Source: an uncultured bacterium (lineage in GTDB: Bacteria > Babelota > Babeliae > Babelales > RVW-14). Taken from it: DNA of 64,000 nucleotides. The stretch spans positions 32,001 to 96,000 of the forward strand of contig CAVXAT010000011.1 of assembly GCA_963759805.1 (NCBI GenBank). The letters are read 5' to 3'. Below the pieces are notes generated by a model. That model did no database searches and was not told where the DNA came from. It worked only from the letters and a program-made list of their open reading frames with translations. Shown here piece after piece: positions 20,931-31,830 of the stretch. The position numbers and the translations under genes are program-made. Every line of letters begins with the position of its first letter. Within the stretch, counting starts at the first letter, position 1.

Positions 20931-21746
20931 CTAAAACGTAACGCTAATTACACGTGCCGGTAAAAAATTCCTCCAAACAATCGATTCTGTTGAGGATTTT
21001 CCAAGTTTTTTAAAGATTTCGATTAACTCTCTGATTGTTTCAAGAGTCTCTTGTTCTTTGTCAGAAAGAAAGGGCTTCTTGAGCGTTTGAATTGCAATGT
21101 ATTCAAAAAATGTTACAGTTCCACCTGGCTTTATGAGCTTAGTATACATTCCCAATATTTGGCGAACAAGCTTTGGATCGAAAGAATGGAAAGGGAGGCC
21201 GGAGATAATAAAATCATACTGTTTTTTAGTTTCAAACTTCGTTATATCACAACACAAAAAATGTACATCCGGAATTTGCCCAAATTCTTTAATAAGGACA
21301 GCACAGAACAGAGGGTCGATTTCAACAACATCAAAGTCTGATGTAACGTCCATGTCTGCCTGAATCGAATTTCGCAAAATATATTTAATAATATATTTTG
21401 TAAAAATTCCGGTTCCGGCCCCAACCTCAAGAATGGATAATGATTTGTGCCAGTCATAATATTTAATATCTTTTGTCATGGCTCGTGCAAGATATTTTGA
21501 ACTTGGAAAGAGAGATCCAACTTGATGCCGATTGCGCCAAAATTCTGATATAAACAGTATTTTTTCGTGGACGAATGTTTCAACGGATTGCCAAAATGCC
21601 GCCAATTTATTCCAACCTGCCTCGTCCGTTGGCTGTTTTAGGACGATACTTGCGTGATTATCAGTATCCTGTGGCAAAGTCATCGATAATGCTAGATTTG
21701 ATATAAGAAAAGAAAGGACGATCGGGAAAAGTTTAAGCAATTGCAT
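20931..21746 (-). CDS. Class I SAM-dependent methyltransferase (PmtA-like phospholipid N-methyltransferase) with signal peptide
   Basis: GSLFPSSKYLARAM, LEVGAGTG, IISGLPF and WRNFLPARV motifs. Confidence 0.85.
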   Translation of the reverse strand: MQLLKLFPIVLSFLISNLALSMTLPQDTDNHASIVLKQPTDEAGWNKLAAFWQSVETFVHEKILFISEFWRNRHQVGSLFPSSKYLARAMTKDIKYYDWHKSLSILEVGAGTGIFTKYIIKYILRNSIQADMDVTSDFDVVEIDPLFCAVLIKEFGQIPDVHFLCCDITKFETKKQYDFIISGLPFHSFDPKLVRQILGMYTKLIKPGGTVTFFEYIAIQTLKKPFLSDKEQETLETIRELIEIFKKLGKSSTESIVWRNFLPARVISVTF

Positions 21747-21942
21747 ACTATTTTTCCTAAAATTATTAAAGTTTATATTTTTAAGAAAGCATATAGTAGA
21801 ATTGCCTCATGTCAACTAGAAAGGCAAATGCATAGATTTGATTTTATAAATATACAAATATGTGCTAATATAGCTCCAGATCGCAGCATGAAGCCATTGC
21901 AAATAATATCAAGAGATCACACTCAAAAATTGGAGAAATGTT

Positions 21943-22695
21943 ATGAAAGCTCAACTTGCACGTATTGATGAAAAAAAGAAAAAGCTTGATTCATTTAGGC
22001 CATTGCCTCCGGCACTAGTAAAAAACCTTGATGAATGGTTTAAAATTGCACTAACTTATACATCAAACGCAATCGAAGGCAACACGCTAAGCCACGAAGA
22101 AACGGCTTTGGTTATTGAAAAGGGGATTACCATTGGGGGGAAAACGGTTACAGAACATCTTGAAGCAATCAATCATGCCAAGGCCATCGATTTTATAAAA
22201 GAGCTCGCCCACAAGAAAAACGATAGCTTATGTCTTGATGATATTTTATCAATACATCGCATAATTTTACAAGGCATTGATCCGATACACGCTGGCATTT
22301 TTAGAACAGTTATGGTTAGAATACTTGGATCAAATCATGTGTTTCCAAACTATCTAAAAGTTCCAATTCTCATGACAGAATTCATGCTATGGCTTACCTC
22401 CACACAAGACCACCCTGTAGAAATTGCAGCTATGGCACATTTCAAATTGGTAAGCATTCATCCATTTGTTGACGGAAACGGCCGAACCGCCAGACTCCTT
22501 ATGAATTTACTCTTGTTACAACAGGGATATCCAATTGCCATTATTAAAAAAGAGGACCGTAAGGCATATATCAATTCGCTAGAACTGGCAGGCAGCACAA
22601 ATGATCTTTCTGTTTTTAAGTCCATTATTTTTCAGGCGGTTGAAAGCAGCTTGGATGGTTATTTGGAAGCCATAACTCAATCAAAAATGGATTAA
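21943..22695 (+). CDS. Fic family protein (AMP transferase) with N-terminal autoinhibitory motif
   Basis: HPFVDGNGRTAR catalytic motif and SNAIEGN inhibitory motif. Confidence 0.95.
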   Translation: MKAQLARIDEKKKKLDSFRPLPPALVKNLDEWFKIALTYTSNAIEGNTLSHEETALVIEKGITIGGKTVTEHLEAINHAKAIDFIKELAHKKNDSLCLDDILSIHRIILQGIDPIHAGIFRTVMVRILGSNHVFPNYLKVPILMTEFMLWLTSTQDHPVEIAAMAHFKLVSIHPFVDGNGRTARLLMNLLLLQQGYPIAIIKKEDRKAYINSLELAGSTNDLSVFKSIIFQAVESSLDGYLEAITQSKMD

Positions 22696-22854
22696 TTTAT
22701 CTCAGTTATTCGGGCTGAACACAAGCTTTTTCAACGTATTTACCCCTTTTTTTTGCCTAAATTGATTTAATTCTAGTATAAATTAAACTTTTAATAAGTT
22801 TCGTGAAATAATTTATTAGTAGAACATTTCAATCAAACAAATGAGAGGTTTATT

Positions 22855-24523
22855 ATGTTTTCTACTCGACATAAGATATTTTTGTTTCTCGCTGTAGCTG
22901 GTATGTGTGTAGCTGCGTCTGATAGTCTGTTTGCAATGCGAACGGGCCCTACGCGCAGAGAGGCGATGCAAGCACATCATCAAGCGCTTAAAAGCGCTCG
23001 TTGGGAATCGCGCCTGCTGGCACCGTTGGTGTCTGCACAACAGCAGCAGAAGACCATTGCCCAGACGCCTGCACAAGCAGGCCAGTTTGCGTTGCAAGAT
23101 GTGAGAGGTCTTGATTGGCAAGCTCCAGAACTGCCAAGCAGGGGGGAGAAGCCAAGCATGCGTATATCGCACTATGGTGCGAGCGGCTTGCGTGTGCGCT
23201 TTGCCGGATTATCGCTTTTTATGATGCTTTTTCTGGTTCAATGTGCAGCTATATGTACCCCGGATCAGTATTATACTCATCCAGAATACTATCCCTGTCA
23301 ATATGCACAGCATTACATTGATGAACATATAAGTGAACTTTATGCATTTCAGGAGAGTTGGACGAATTTTATCCATGAAGTTATTAAGCCCGGTCTTATT
23401 CCCGGTCAGGATAGCGAGACAATGGAAATTCTAGGTATTCCGATAGATTTAAAGTGTTCTCCGCATTGGACTAAATTGTGTACTCAAACTGTTCAAATGT
23501 CTAAAGAAATAGAAGGTGGAAGTTGCGCCTTTATTTTTTTTGAGAAATTGCGGAAAACACAGAAGCAGTTTAATGATTTAAGCGGCCGCTATAACGAGGT
23601 AATATGGCAGAAGTATAAGGAGGCACACGATATTATTGATAAATCGCAGGACGTTGTTGCGGTTGTCAAAGAACTTGATCCGGCATTTGCTGCAGTAGTC
23701 AACGTATTTTTAAAGCAGTCTTGGAAAGAATATGCTGCACAGTCGGGTATAACAATAAGGGATGCTCTCAATACATTGAAAGAGTTTGAAGCAAAAACAC
23801 CTGAATGGAAGGCCTGGCTCGAAAAATGGATGAAGCCGTATAAACTGGTATATGCAATCTACGAAAAGGGCAAAGATGTTGCTGGAGTTGCCGAAGAACT
23901 TGATCCTGCATTAGCTCCAGCGTTTAATGTATTTTTTACGCGGACATTTAAAGAATGTGTTGAATATTTTAAGCAGCAGCCTGATGAGGTAAACAATGCA
24001 CTCCGTAAGATATATGAGTTTAATGCAGGAATAGTTTGCTCAAGCCAAAGGTAGATGCGTATCATCGGGCAACATGCAATTTACAACAATGGCAAAGATG
24101 TTGTTGGGGTTGCCAAAGAAACTTGATCCGGCGCTAACTGAAGCATTCAGCGTATTTTTTAAGCAGTCTTGGCAGGAATATTGTGCACAGGCGTCTGATA
24201 CGATAACAAATGCGTTCAGTAAACTGCAGGAGTACGAAACAAAAATACCTGAACTCAAAACAAAGGTAGATGCGTATAATCGGGCAACTGCAATTTACAA
24301 CAATGGCAAAGATGTTGTTGAGGTTGCCAAAAAACTTGATCCGGCGCTAACTGAAGCATTCAGCGTATTTTTTAAGCAGTCTTGGCAGGAATATTGTGCC
24401 CAGGCATCTGATACGATAAAAAATTCGCTCATAAAACTGCAGGAGTATGAAACAAAAATACCTGAGCTCAAGAAAAATAATGCTCAAGCCGCTGAAGATA
24501 AGCAACATGGCTATGACTTATAA
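22855..24523 (+). pseudogene. Secreted helical-repeat protein (about 71-aa repeats) split by indels at about 24035-24120 (pseudogene or assembly error)
   Basis: ORFs 22855-24054 and 24074-24523 share the KDV..VA.ELDPAL..AF.VFF..W.EY repeat. The repeat copy at 24046 has two extra bases relative to the copy at 24261. Confidence 0.72.
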
Positions 24524-25349
24524 GTGGGTATGGGAACAAATGGAATGAGTTGATTGTTGTAACGTGTTTTTTCATTTTAATATAGGAGGTTTCTCGTGAA
24601 AAATCTAAAAATATTTTTAGCTGTAGCGGCTTTGTGTGTAGGCGCTACACATAGTTTGTTGGCTATGCAAACCGGTAAAACGCGCAGAGAGGCGATGCAA
24701 GCACATCATCAAGCGCTTAAAAGCGCTCGTTGGGAATCGCGCCTGCTGGCGAAGTTAGTATCTGCACAACAGCAGAAAGCCATTGCCCAGGCGCCTGCAA
24801 CGCCATGCGCTTTGCAGGAAGCCTTTAGGAATGCTGCAAGGCAGATGTCGGGTGATGTAGATAGGGCGCAGAGCAGACAACTTGATTTGTTTGAACAATT
24901 ACAACATCAAGCTACCCATAACACATCACATATGTCGCATAAAACAACCCATACTGCTCACACAAATCGGAAATTGGCCTATATGTTACTTGCCTGTTTA
25001 CTTATTCAATCTGCACACGGTGCTATATTGGATGGCCAGCTAACAAAAGTAGCTGATCTAAGTGAACAAATAAAGCAAGTTTGTCATGAAATTGAAAGCA
25101 AATTTCCAGGGGCAGGAATCTGTGCTACAATACTTACTAATACTGGAATCGGTGCCCTTTGTGGGGGAGCACCTGGTGCTTTAGCTGGCGCTGGAATAAC
25201 AATAGCAGGAGAGGCGGCGATAAAAGCTATAAACAACTTTATACATGACATAGCCGGTCCAGAATGGGAAGCTAAGATAGCTCAGTACGCGGGCAAGGTA
25301 AGTCAGGGTATCAACCGGGTTGGGGCTAAAGGTCTCATGGCCTTAGATA

Positions 25350-26373
25350 ACCTGAGTTCGACAATTAAAATTCTTTGAAAAGGACTTCCCTTAAAGCAAA
25401 TCCTCTATAGATTTAGAATGTTAAAACCAATCTAAAAAAGGATTTCAAAAAGGGAAGTAAAATGATTTTAACTCAAATTTTTTATGACGTAGACAATTTT
25501 TGTAAAGATTTTAAAACACATCTAGATGCACATTCAATTTCTGCAGATTTATCGGCATTGGTAAAAAGAGAACAGAAAAGAATGTCTCTCAGTGACATTC
25601 TGACGATACTCATTTATTTTCATCACTCTGGATATCGTACTTTTAAAAAATATTATAAAGAATGTGGCGATTTGAAGGGCGCATTCGACGGGATCGTCAG
25701 CTATAATCGCTTTATAGAGCTGGTTCCGCAGGCTCTTGTGCCGTTAACAATTTTTATGAATTTGTGTTGTAAAAACAAATGTACAGGCTTTGGATTTATC
25801 GATTCAACAAAGCTTCAGGTATGTCATAATTTGCGAATCAACAGAAACAAGGTGTTTTCTGGAATTGCTGCACGCGGAAAAACGTCTACTGGATGGTTTT
25901 ATGGATTTAAACTTCATCTGATTATCAATGAGTGCGGAGAGATAGTATCTTTCATGCTCACACCTGGTAATGTTGCCGACAACAACGCATCTGTAGTAAC
26001 CAACCTTGCCCGAAAGTGCTTCGGAAAGCTTTGGGGAGATCGAGGATATATTTCAAAGAAGCTCTTTGACGCGCTTTTTGCAAAAGGCATAAAACTCATT
26101 ACAAAATTGAAGAAAAAAATGAAAATTCAAATCATGGAAATGGAAGATAGACTTGGCCTTAGTAAGCGTGGAATCATAGAATCAGTCAACTGTATACTCA
26201 AAGAAACCTGTCAAATAGAGCACTCTCGACATCGCAGCCCAACAAACTTTGTTGTCAATCTTATTGCCGGACTTGTTGCATATTGTTTCTTGCCAAAAAA
26301 GCCATCACTTCGAAGCAAGTTTATGCTTAATTTACCAGCCCATGCTTAACTTTTTATAACGTCGAACTCAGGT
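25350..26373 (+). mobile_element. IS982 family insertion sequence (1024 bp)
   Basis: Terminal inverted repeats ACCTGAGTTCGAC/GTCGAACTCAGGT; TAGATA direct repeat at 25344-25349 and 26374-26379. Confidence 0.93.
25462..26349 (+). CDS. IS982 family DDE transposase
   Basis: FIDST.L.VC, GWFYGFKLH, GDRGY, R..IES and IEHSRHRS motifs. Confidence 0.95.
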   Translation: MILTQIFYDVDNFCKDFKTHLDAHSISADLSALVKREQKRMSLSDILTILIYFHHSGYRTFKKYYKECGDLKGAFDGIVSYNRFIELVPQALVPLTIFMNLCCKNKCTGFGFIDSTKLQVCHNLRINRNKVFSGIAARGKTSTGWFYGFKLHLIINECGEIVSFMLTPGNVADNNASVVTNLARKCFGKLWGDRGYISKKLFDALFAKGIKLITKLKKKMKIQIMEMEDRLGLSKRGIIESVNCILKETCQIEHSRHRSPTNFVVNLIAGLVAYCFLPKKPSLRSKFMLNLPAHA

Positions 26374-26804
26374 TAGATAGCACATTGGATGAGAAACGCG
26401 CAACTAGTTTAAGTGGTGATATTGTCACAACAGGGTTTGAAGCTAGTTCTTTCAGTTCACTTCCCAAAAGGTTTTCTGAGAGTGCCCATGGAATATTAAA
26501 ACATACTTTATGTGAAGTAAAAGAGACTTTGGTTGAAAAAGCAAAAGATGAAATAAAAGAGGCGGGCGCAGAAACGGGCATTCCTCAGTCTTTTTCTTCA
26601 GGGACCGCTTTTCCTTCAGGTAATGCTCTCAATCAGCGAGATGCTACAACAGGCATGATGCCTCTTGAGCTGGCTCATCCACTCACCGCAAATCCAGAGC
26701 AAATGTTAAAACTTGACGCCCCTTCGGATAAAGTTGCGACGGAACAGATGGGGACAATGTTTGCCGATAATTATGGTGTTGGCAAAGTTGCCAAGCAAGT
26801 ATTG

Positions 26805-26984
26805 CCAATGCCGTCCATGCCAATGCCGTCTATGCCAATGCCGTCTATGCCAATGCCGTCTATGCCAATGCCGTCTATGCCAATGCCAACTATGTCAATG
26901 CCGTCTACGTCAATGCCAACTATGCCAAGTGTGGCGAATATGCCAATGCCAGCTATGCCAAGTGTGGCAAATATGCCAAGCATG
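26805..26984 (+). repeat. 15-bp coding tandem repeat (PMPSM, about 8 units) followed by longer PSVANMP units
   Basis: CCAATGCCGTCTATG units from 26805. Confidence 0.9.
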
Positions 26985-27242
26985 CCGAGTACGAGTGGAT
27001 TTATAACGCCGCAAGCATTCTCTAATCCAGCAGCCCAAATGCCCGGGGCTATGCAGACGCTTTCATTCGAACCAGCACCAAGCCAATTCGGTGGTAGCTA
27101 TATGCAGTCTGTAGCGCAGACATTCGACACAACAACCGGATACAAGGCGCCTGGGATAAGATAGTATTACGATATCCTGAACAAGCGTCGGCAAAGTTAT
27201 GATTTTTAATTTTCCTAGCATGACCAAATGGAAGGTTTTACG

Positions 27243-27980
27243 ATGAAACGTTTTCTACAAACATTAACCCTGGGCTGCGTAGCCCTTGCACTCACCACTA
27301 CCGTTGCCATGCCTGCCGCACAGCCGCCAACAAGTACTGCGACAGACTATAAAGCTTCAACCTCAACAGCACAACCATCGACGACTGCTCAGGAGTCCGT
27401 CAGAATCCCTGGTACCCAAGCCAAACTATCTTTAGTTCAAGCAAGTGCTTACGCTATCGCTAACCAACTCCTCCAAGCAGGCTCCAACCTTAACACACAA
27501 GCATTCTCAAGTCCTGCTGCATTTTGTAGCAGAATACCGAATGATGTCAAAGAAGCTTTAATCACAGAACTTACAAGACAAGCACTCATTAGCTGGCCGA
27601 GACAACCTATTGGCTGGGGCATCCAAACAATCAATACACACACCATGCTGATTTCGAAAGTAAAATTCAGCCCTGTAGGGGAGGTCAGAAAATGTTCGTT
27701 CAGCCCTGATGGCAATACCCTTGCCTCTGGATCAAGTGACGGCTCAGTCACCATATACACCCGTACTCCTAACAACACTTGGAATATTGTGCGGACCTTT
27801 GATCACACTAATGGCGGCCACCATATAAGCTGGGTCACTAAACTTTCGTTCAGCCCTGATGGCAATGCCCTTATTTCGGAATCAACAGACAGTTCAATCA
27901 AAATATACACCCGTACCAACACACTTGAGGCATTACTGCAACAGATACAATCGCTACAGCAGCAACAACAGACTCATTAA
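27243..27980 (+). CDS. Secreted WD40-repeat protein
   Basis: Signal peptide; FSPDGNTLASGSSDGSVTIY and FSPDGNALISESTDSSIKIY repeats. Confidence 0.85.
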   Translation: MKRFLQTLTLGCVALALTTTVAMPAAQPPTSTATDYKASTSTAQPSTTAQESVRIPGTQAKLSLVQASAYAIANQLLQAGSNLNTQAFSSPAAFCSRIPNDVKEALITELTRQALISWPRQPIGWGIQTINTHTMLISKVKFSPVGEVRKCSFSPDGNTLASGSSDGSVTIYTRTPNNTWNIVRTFDHTNGGHHISWVTKLSFSPDGNALISESTDSSIKIYTRTNTLEALLQQIQSLQQQQQTH

Positions 27981-27998
27981 TTAAAATAGGAAACACTA

Positions 27999-28030
27999 AT
28001 CCATGGATGCTGAAATAAATTCAGCATGAC
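27999..28030 (-). repeat. Family C REP-like palindrome
   Basis: Reverse complement of 33211-33242: GTCATGCTGAA....TTTCAGCATCCATGGAT. Confidence 0.8.
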
Positions 28031-28167
28031 AGATCTCTGATCGGAAGCTACTTTTGACATCCACAGCTATTTTTACTAGTTATCGAACTGGCGTTAAGTA
28101 TTTTCGGTTGGCGAAAATCCAACACGGATAAAGGTTAGCCACCAGCCCATAACTAAACCAATGTCTT

Positions 28168-28227
28168 GCAGTTGAAAACAGTTTAGACAGTTACTTGGAA
28201 GCAATTAATCAATCCCAAACTATTTGA
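28168..28227 (+). pseudogene. Relic 3' end of a second fic homolog
   Basis: Translates AVENSLDSYLEAINQSQTI*, versus the Fic C-terminus AVESSLDGYLEAITQSKMD*. Confidence 0.78.
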
Positions 28228-28247
28228 GCGATTAAGAAAGAAATTTA

Positions 28248-29312
28248 TTACTCAAACAACATTGTTAAAACCAGTTGTTCGAATTTTTCCGGATTAGAAA
28301 TCAACTCATCTTGATAAACAATTTTAAACAGCTCCGGATGTTCGTCCGCCATTGCCTGAGCATTTTCAACCTGGTGTCCCGTTGACGCTGCAACAAGCGG
28401 CACAACGATTGAACGTTTTCGAAAAAACTCAAGTTCAAAAAGGGTTCCCGCACCTGCACGAGAAATTACCAAATCAGCGAGAAGATAAAAATTTTGAATA
28501 TTCTCATCATAGGAAAAAAGCACGGCAGGCTCAGACATCTCTTTATAAAAAGTTCGCCAATCAAATGAGATATCATTACCAATTTGATGAATAACCTGAA
28601 TTTTGTCATGAATGTTTTTATTATGCTCCAAGAATGTTCTTAAAGCCTGATTCAACAGTCTTGAACCCTGAGATCCACCAAGTAAAAAAATGGTTTTTCG
28701 TTGCAAAGAAAAAGGCTTATCTGTTTTTTCATTTATCTGGTCGACTATCTCATTTTTACTTGCATTAAAAACATCCTGCCTAAAACGTATGGGATAATGT
28801 ATCAGCTCACATTTTTTGGCAAAATTTAAACCTGCAAACTTACATAATGAAATTGTATTTTTAAACGCGACAAAAATTTTACTTGCGATAGGCATCAGTA
28901 CTTTTACAGCCTTACCCGGATCAAGATTAAGTTCGTAAATTTCAATGGGCACAAGTGCAAGCTTACAACCCAAACACACCGGTATTGAAATCAGTCCACC
29001 GGTGCTGATTATTTTTTCCGGTCTATCTTTTACTGCTCTGAAAAAACTTTTAAAAAAAGCCCACAAAACTTGTACTATTAAAATGGGTAAAAGCAAAATT
29101 CTTTTGATGCTAAACTTACCTATTCCTAAACTGATAACCTCTGACAAAAAATCAGTCTTTGCAACAATCTTATGATCCAAAGCCCCTGATGCACCCCAAA
29201 AAATAACTTTCCCCTGTGGATTTGCGTCCAACCAACGTTTTGCAAAAGTTAATGCCGGCAAAATATGCCCACCCGACCCGGCCGCTACGACATAAAGTGT
29301 TTTATAACTCAT
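28248..29312 (-). CDS. murG: UDP-GlcNAc:lipid I transferase MurG
   Basis: GSGGHILP, STGG, GGSQGS, SRAGAGT and HQVENA motifs. Confidence 0.93.
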   Translation of the reverse strand: MSYKTLYVVAAGSGGHILPALTFAKRWLDANPQGKVIFWGASGALDHKIVAKTDFLSEVISLGIGKFSIKRILLLPILIVQVLWAFFKSFFRAVKDRPEKIISTGGLISIPVCLGCKLALVPIEIYELNLDPGKAVKVLMPIASKIFVAFKNTISLCKFAGLNFAKKCELIHYPIRFRQDVFNASKNEIVDQINEKTDKPFSLQRKTIFLLGGSQGSRLLNQALRTFLEHNKNIHDKIQVIHQIGNDISFDWRTFYKEMSEPAVLFSYDENIQNFYLLADLVISRAGAGTLFELEFFRKRSIVVPLVAASTGHQVENAQAMADEHPELFKIVYQDELISNPEKFEQLVLTMLFE

Positions 29313-29334
29313 CTTAAAATCCCCCACACCTTTA

Positions 29335-31165
29335 TTATTTAATATCGCTTTTTACTTGCGCAATATGTTCTATAATCACGGCATCCCCCGGAGAAATTGT
29401 TAAGGCTTTTTCAAATAACTCAAGAGCCTGTTCTTTTTTGCCCATTTTTGAAAGTACCAAACCCTTTGTATCAAGATAAAAAGGAGAGTTGGCATCGTCC
29501 AGCAACGCCTTATTAACATAATCAAGCGCCTCGGGTAGATTTTGCCCCTGCTTTGCATAAGCGTATGCAAGTAAATTATAAGAGGCAGGATAAACAACAG
29601 GATGTTTTATTGACTGCAGAAGAATATTTTCCATATTTTTAGTTTGATTAGTTAAGAAATAGATATAGGCAACCTGATACAAAACCTTTGATTTTAAATC
29701 AAAATCCGGTACCGAATCAAAAATCTTTTTATATAAAGCAATGCTGGTTTTGTAATTCTTCTGTTCGACACAAATATCTGCCAATGCGGCCCAAACTCCA
29801 ACAGTGGCTCTGTTGGCCTTTAAAACATCTTCCAACAAACTTGCTATGGCAGATTTAGAAAAACCGGCCTGACTCAGCAACAAAATAGTATGTATGACAG
29901 AATTATCATATGGTTCGCGTTTTAACCAATCACCCATAAACGTCAAAATTTGATTATGATTCTTCATCGCAAGCAGTATCTCAACTTTTAACAGCTTGCC
30001 ACGAATAAAATTTGGAGCCTTTTGAATACAGGTATTTATATGCTGCAATGCCTTTTTGTAATTTCCGGAATTAAATTCGATCATTGCCATATCAAAGAAA
30101 TACTCCGGGGTGTCTCCTTTAAGTTTTTTAAGATACTTTAGAGCTTCAGGCATTCGATTTTGCGAAAACATAAGCTGAATTAACTGTTTCTCAATCATCT
30201 CATCACGCCCAACAAGAGTCAAGAAATGTTGATATCCCTTAATTGCTTCATTAATATTTCCAAGTTGCTCAAGAAGCATCGCTTTTAAAAGCAGCGCTTT
30301 ATCAAATTTAGGAAACATCTCAAGACTCTTCTCAATGTCACGCATAGCCAAATCGTTTTTACTCATGTGCATATGAACTTTTGAACGTAAAAAATAAAAC
30401 AGGAAGGCTCTTGGCTTGAACATCGGCTTTTCCAAACACTCATTAAGATATGCCAAGCTTTTTTCAAGCTGATTATTTTTTATAAGAGACACGGCAAAGT
30501 AGTATGCCACCTGCTCATTATCCGGAAAGTCTTTTGCCAAATTTAAAAAGATTTTCTCAGCTTTTTCATCCTGGTTAGCCATTAAAAATGCCTGCGCTAC
30601 CAAAAGATTAAATTCCAGATTTTTTTCGAAGAATTTTTTGAATTTGTCTTCGCTTTTTTGATAAATTTCAACAACCTTCAAAATTTGTCCGATATCAAAT
30701 AAAAATCTAAAGTATCCATCATAAACAAAGATCGGCGGATTCTTTGCAAAAAGTTTTTTATAAATCTGCATTGCCTGCTTGGCATCACCCTTGGAATGAA
30801 AATAATTTGCTTGAGATGTAAAGATTATAAGTGGCTTCATCTGATTTTGAATTATTACCATCTAAATCTGCAGGCTGGTCATCTACAAAGGCAATTTTGC
30901 AACCACTGTCATCTTCTAGCTGAGTAGCTTTTGGTTTAGCAGATCTCTTCTGGCACTCGCATCCTTCGACAGGCTCCAGCCGTCGCTCTTGGAGAGCTAT
31001 GGCCGGCACGGCAGGACGAGCGCCTTTAAGTAGGCGCGCTCGTGGTGAGCTTGTCGAACCATCACCCATAGGTGACGCGCCAGAGTTCATCTGATCGGGC
31101 AAGACCACTCCAAAAACTGTGCTTAAACAACTCAGAATAATCAACTTCCTAAACAAATTCTTCAT
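29335..31165 (-). CDS. Signal-peptide TPR protein; apparent 1-nt frameshift near 30810; carries an in-frame composite repeat
   Basis: Overlapping ORFs 30785-31165 (signal peptide) and 29335-30861 (TPRs, YNLLAY...YLDTKG) join as ...YNLYIS/ANYFHSKG. Confidence 0.8.
30941..31081. repeat. Composite of two inverted family A copies with family B (30977-31012) nested, in frame in the TPR gene
   Basis: ATCCTTCGACAGGCTC[36 bp]AGGACGAGCG...GCGCTCGTGGTGAGCTTGTCGAACCATCACC; same layout as 40329-40473. Confidence 0.9.
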
Positions 31166-31617
31166 CTCTTTTCTCCCCTCATTTTTTTACAACGTACCCC
31201 AAATTCGTACATGACATCGCGCAGATCAGTATCTGTAACTTTATCTAACACAATTTGTTCTGTTTTTGAAAGCTTTTTGCAAATAGGGTCTATTACATGA
31301 TCTTGAATTCGATTGTTTCGATGTTTATTTTTTTTCTTAAAACTGGAATCTATCACCTTAAATCTGATTGCCTTAATCCTAGGCTTGTCCAGGCAGGCAT
31401 TTATCTTTGTTTTAAGCATGGGAGAAAGCATGTGCAACTCCTGCGCCCAAACGGGATGAATGACGCCAAGATACAAAACATCGTCTTTGATCTGATCGAT
31501 GATTACCTTGTCCTTCAGGTTTCCAATAATATTTTCCCAATTCTGAAAAAGAACAATCTTCCAGCTATGTTCTTTGGGAATCATATTTATAAGAAAATCG
31601 CTTAAACGCTTAGTCAC
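31162..31617 (-). CDS. dciA: DciA/DUF721 family protein
   Basis: W..IIG, L.LGV.HPVWAQEL and I..IRF pattern. Confidence 0.8.
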   Translation of the reverse strand: MTKRLSDFLINMIPKEHSWKIVLFQNWENIIGNLKDKVIIDQIKDDVLYLGVIHPVWAQELHMLSPMLKTKINACLDKPRIKAIRFKVIDSSFKKKNKHRNNRIQDHVIDPICKKLSKTEQIVLDKVTDTDLRDVMYEFGVRCKKMRGEKR

Positions 31618-31830
31618 TCAACATCCCGTGTCTTTTTAGTTATAATCTGGGGTTAGAAAAATATCGTAAATAATCGAAGAGTATTTATATTATCAAAATT
31701 AAAGAGTTATACCCAAAAAAATAAAAAGTTTTCTGCGATACAGCAAGATGCAGTATAGTTTAAATTTGAAAACGGCGGTAAAATACATGAACAATTATTT
31801 ATAAAACAAAGACAATTAACGGATATTTTA

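Larger units (their letters stand above)
24596..27164 (+). pseudogene. Secreted protein with Pro/Ser/Met repeats, interrupted by IS982
   Basis: Removing the IS plus one TAGATA joins ...MALD to STLDEKR... in frame, giving about 512 aa. Confidence 0.85.

Noticed and set aside
26805..26924. Possible CRISPR array
   Set aside because: Contiguous 15-bp coding repeats with no spacers, and no cas genes in the window.
26713..27006. Cys-rich CQCRL-repeat ORF and the antisense GIDGI-repeat ORF
   Set aside because: Alternative frames of the 15-bp repeat; the PMPSM frame is the one continuous with the IS-interrupted gene.
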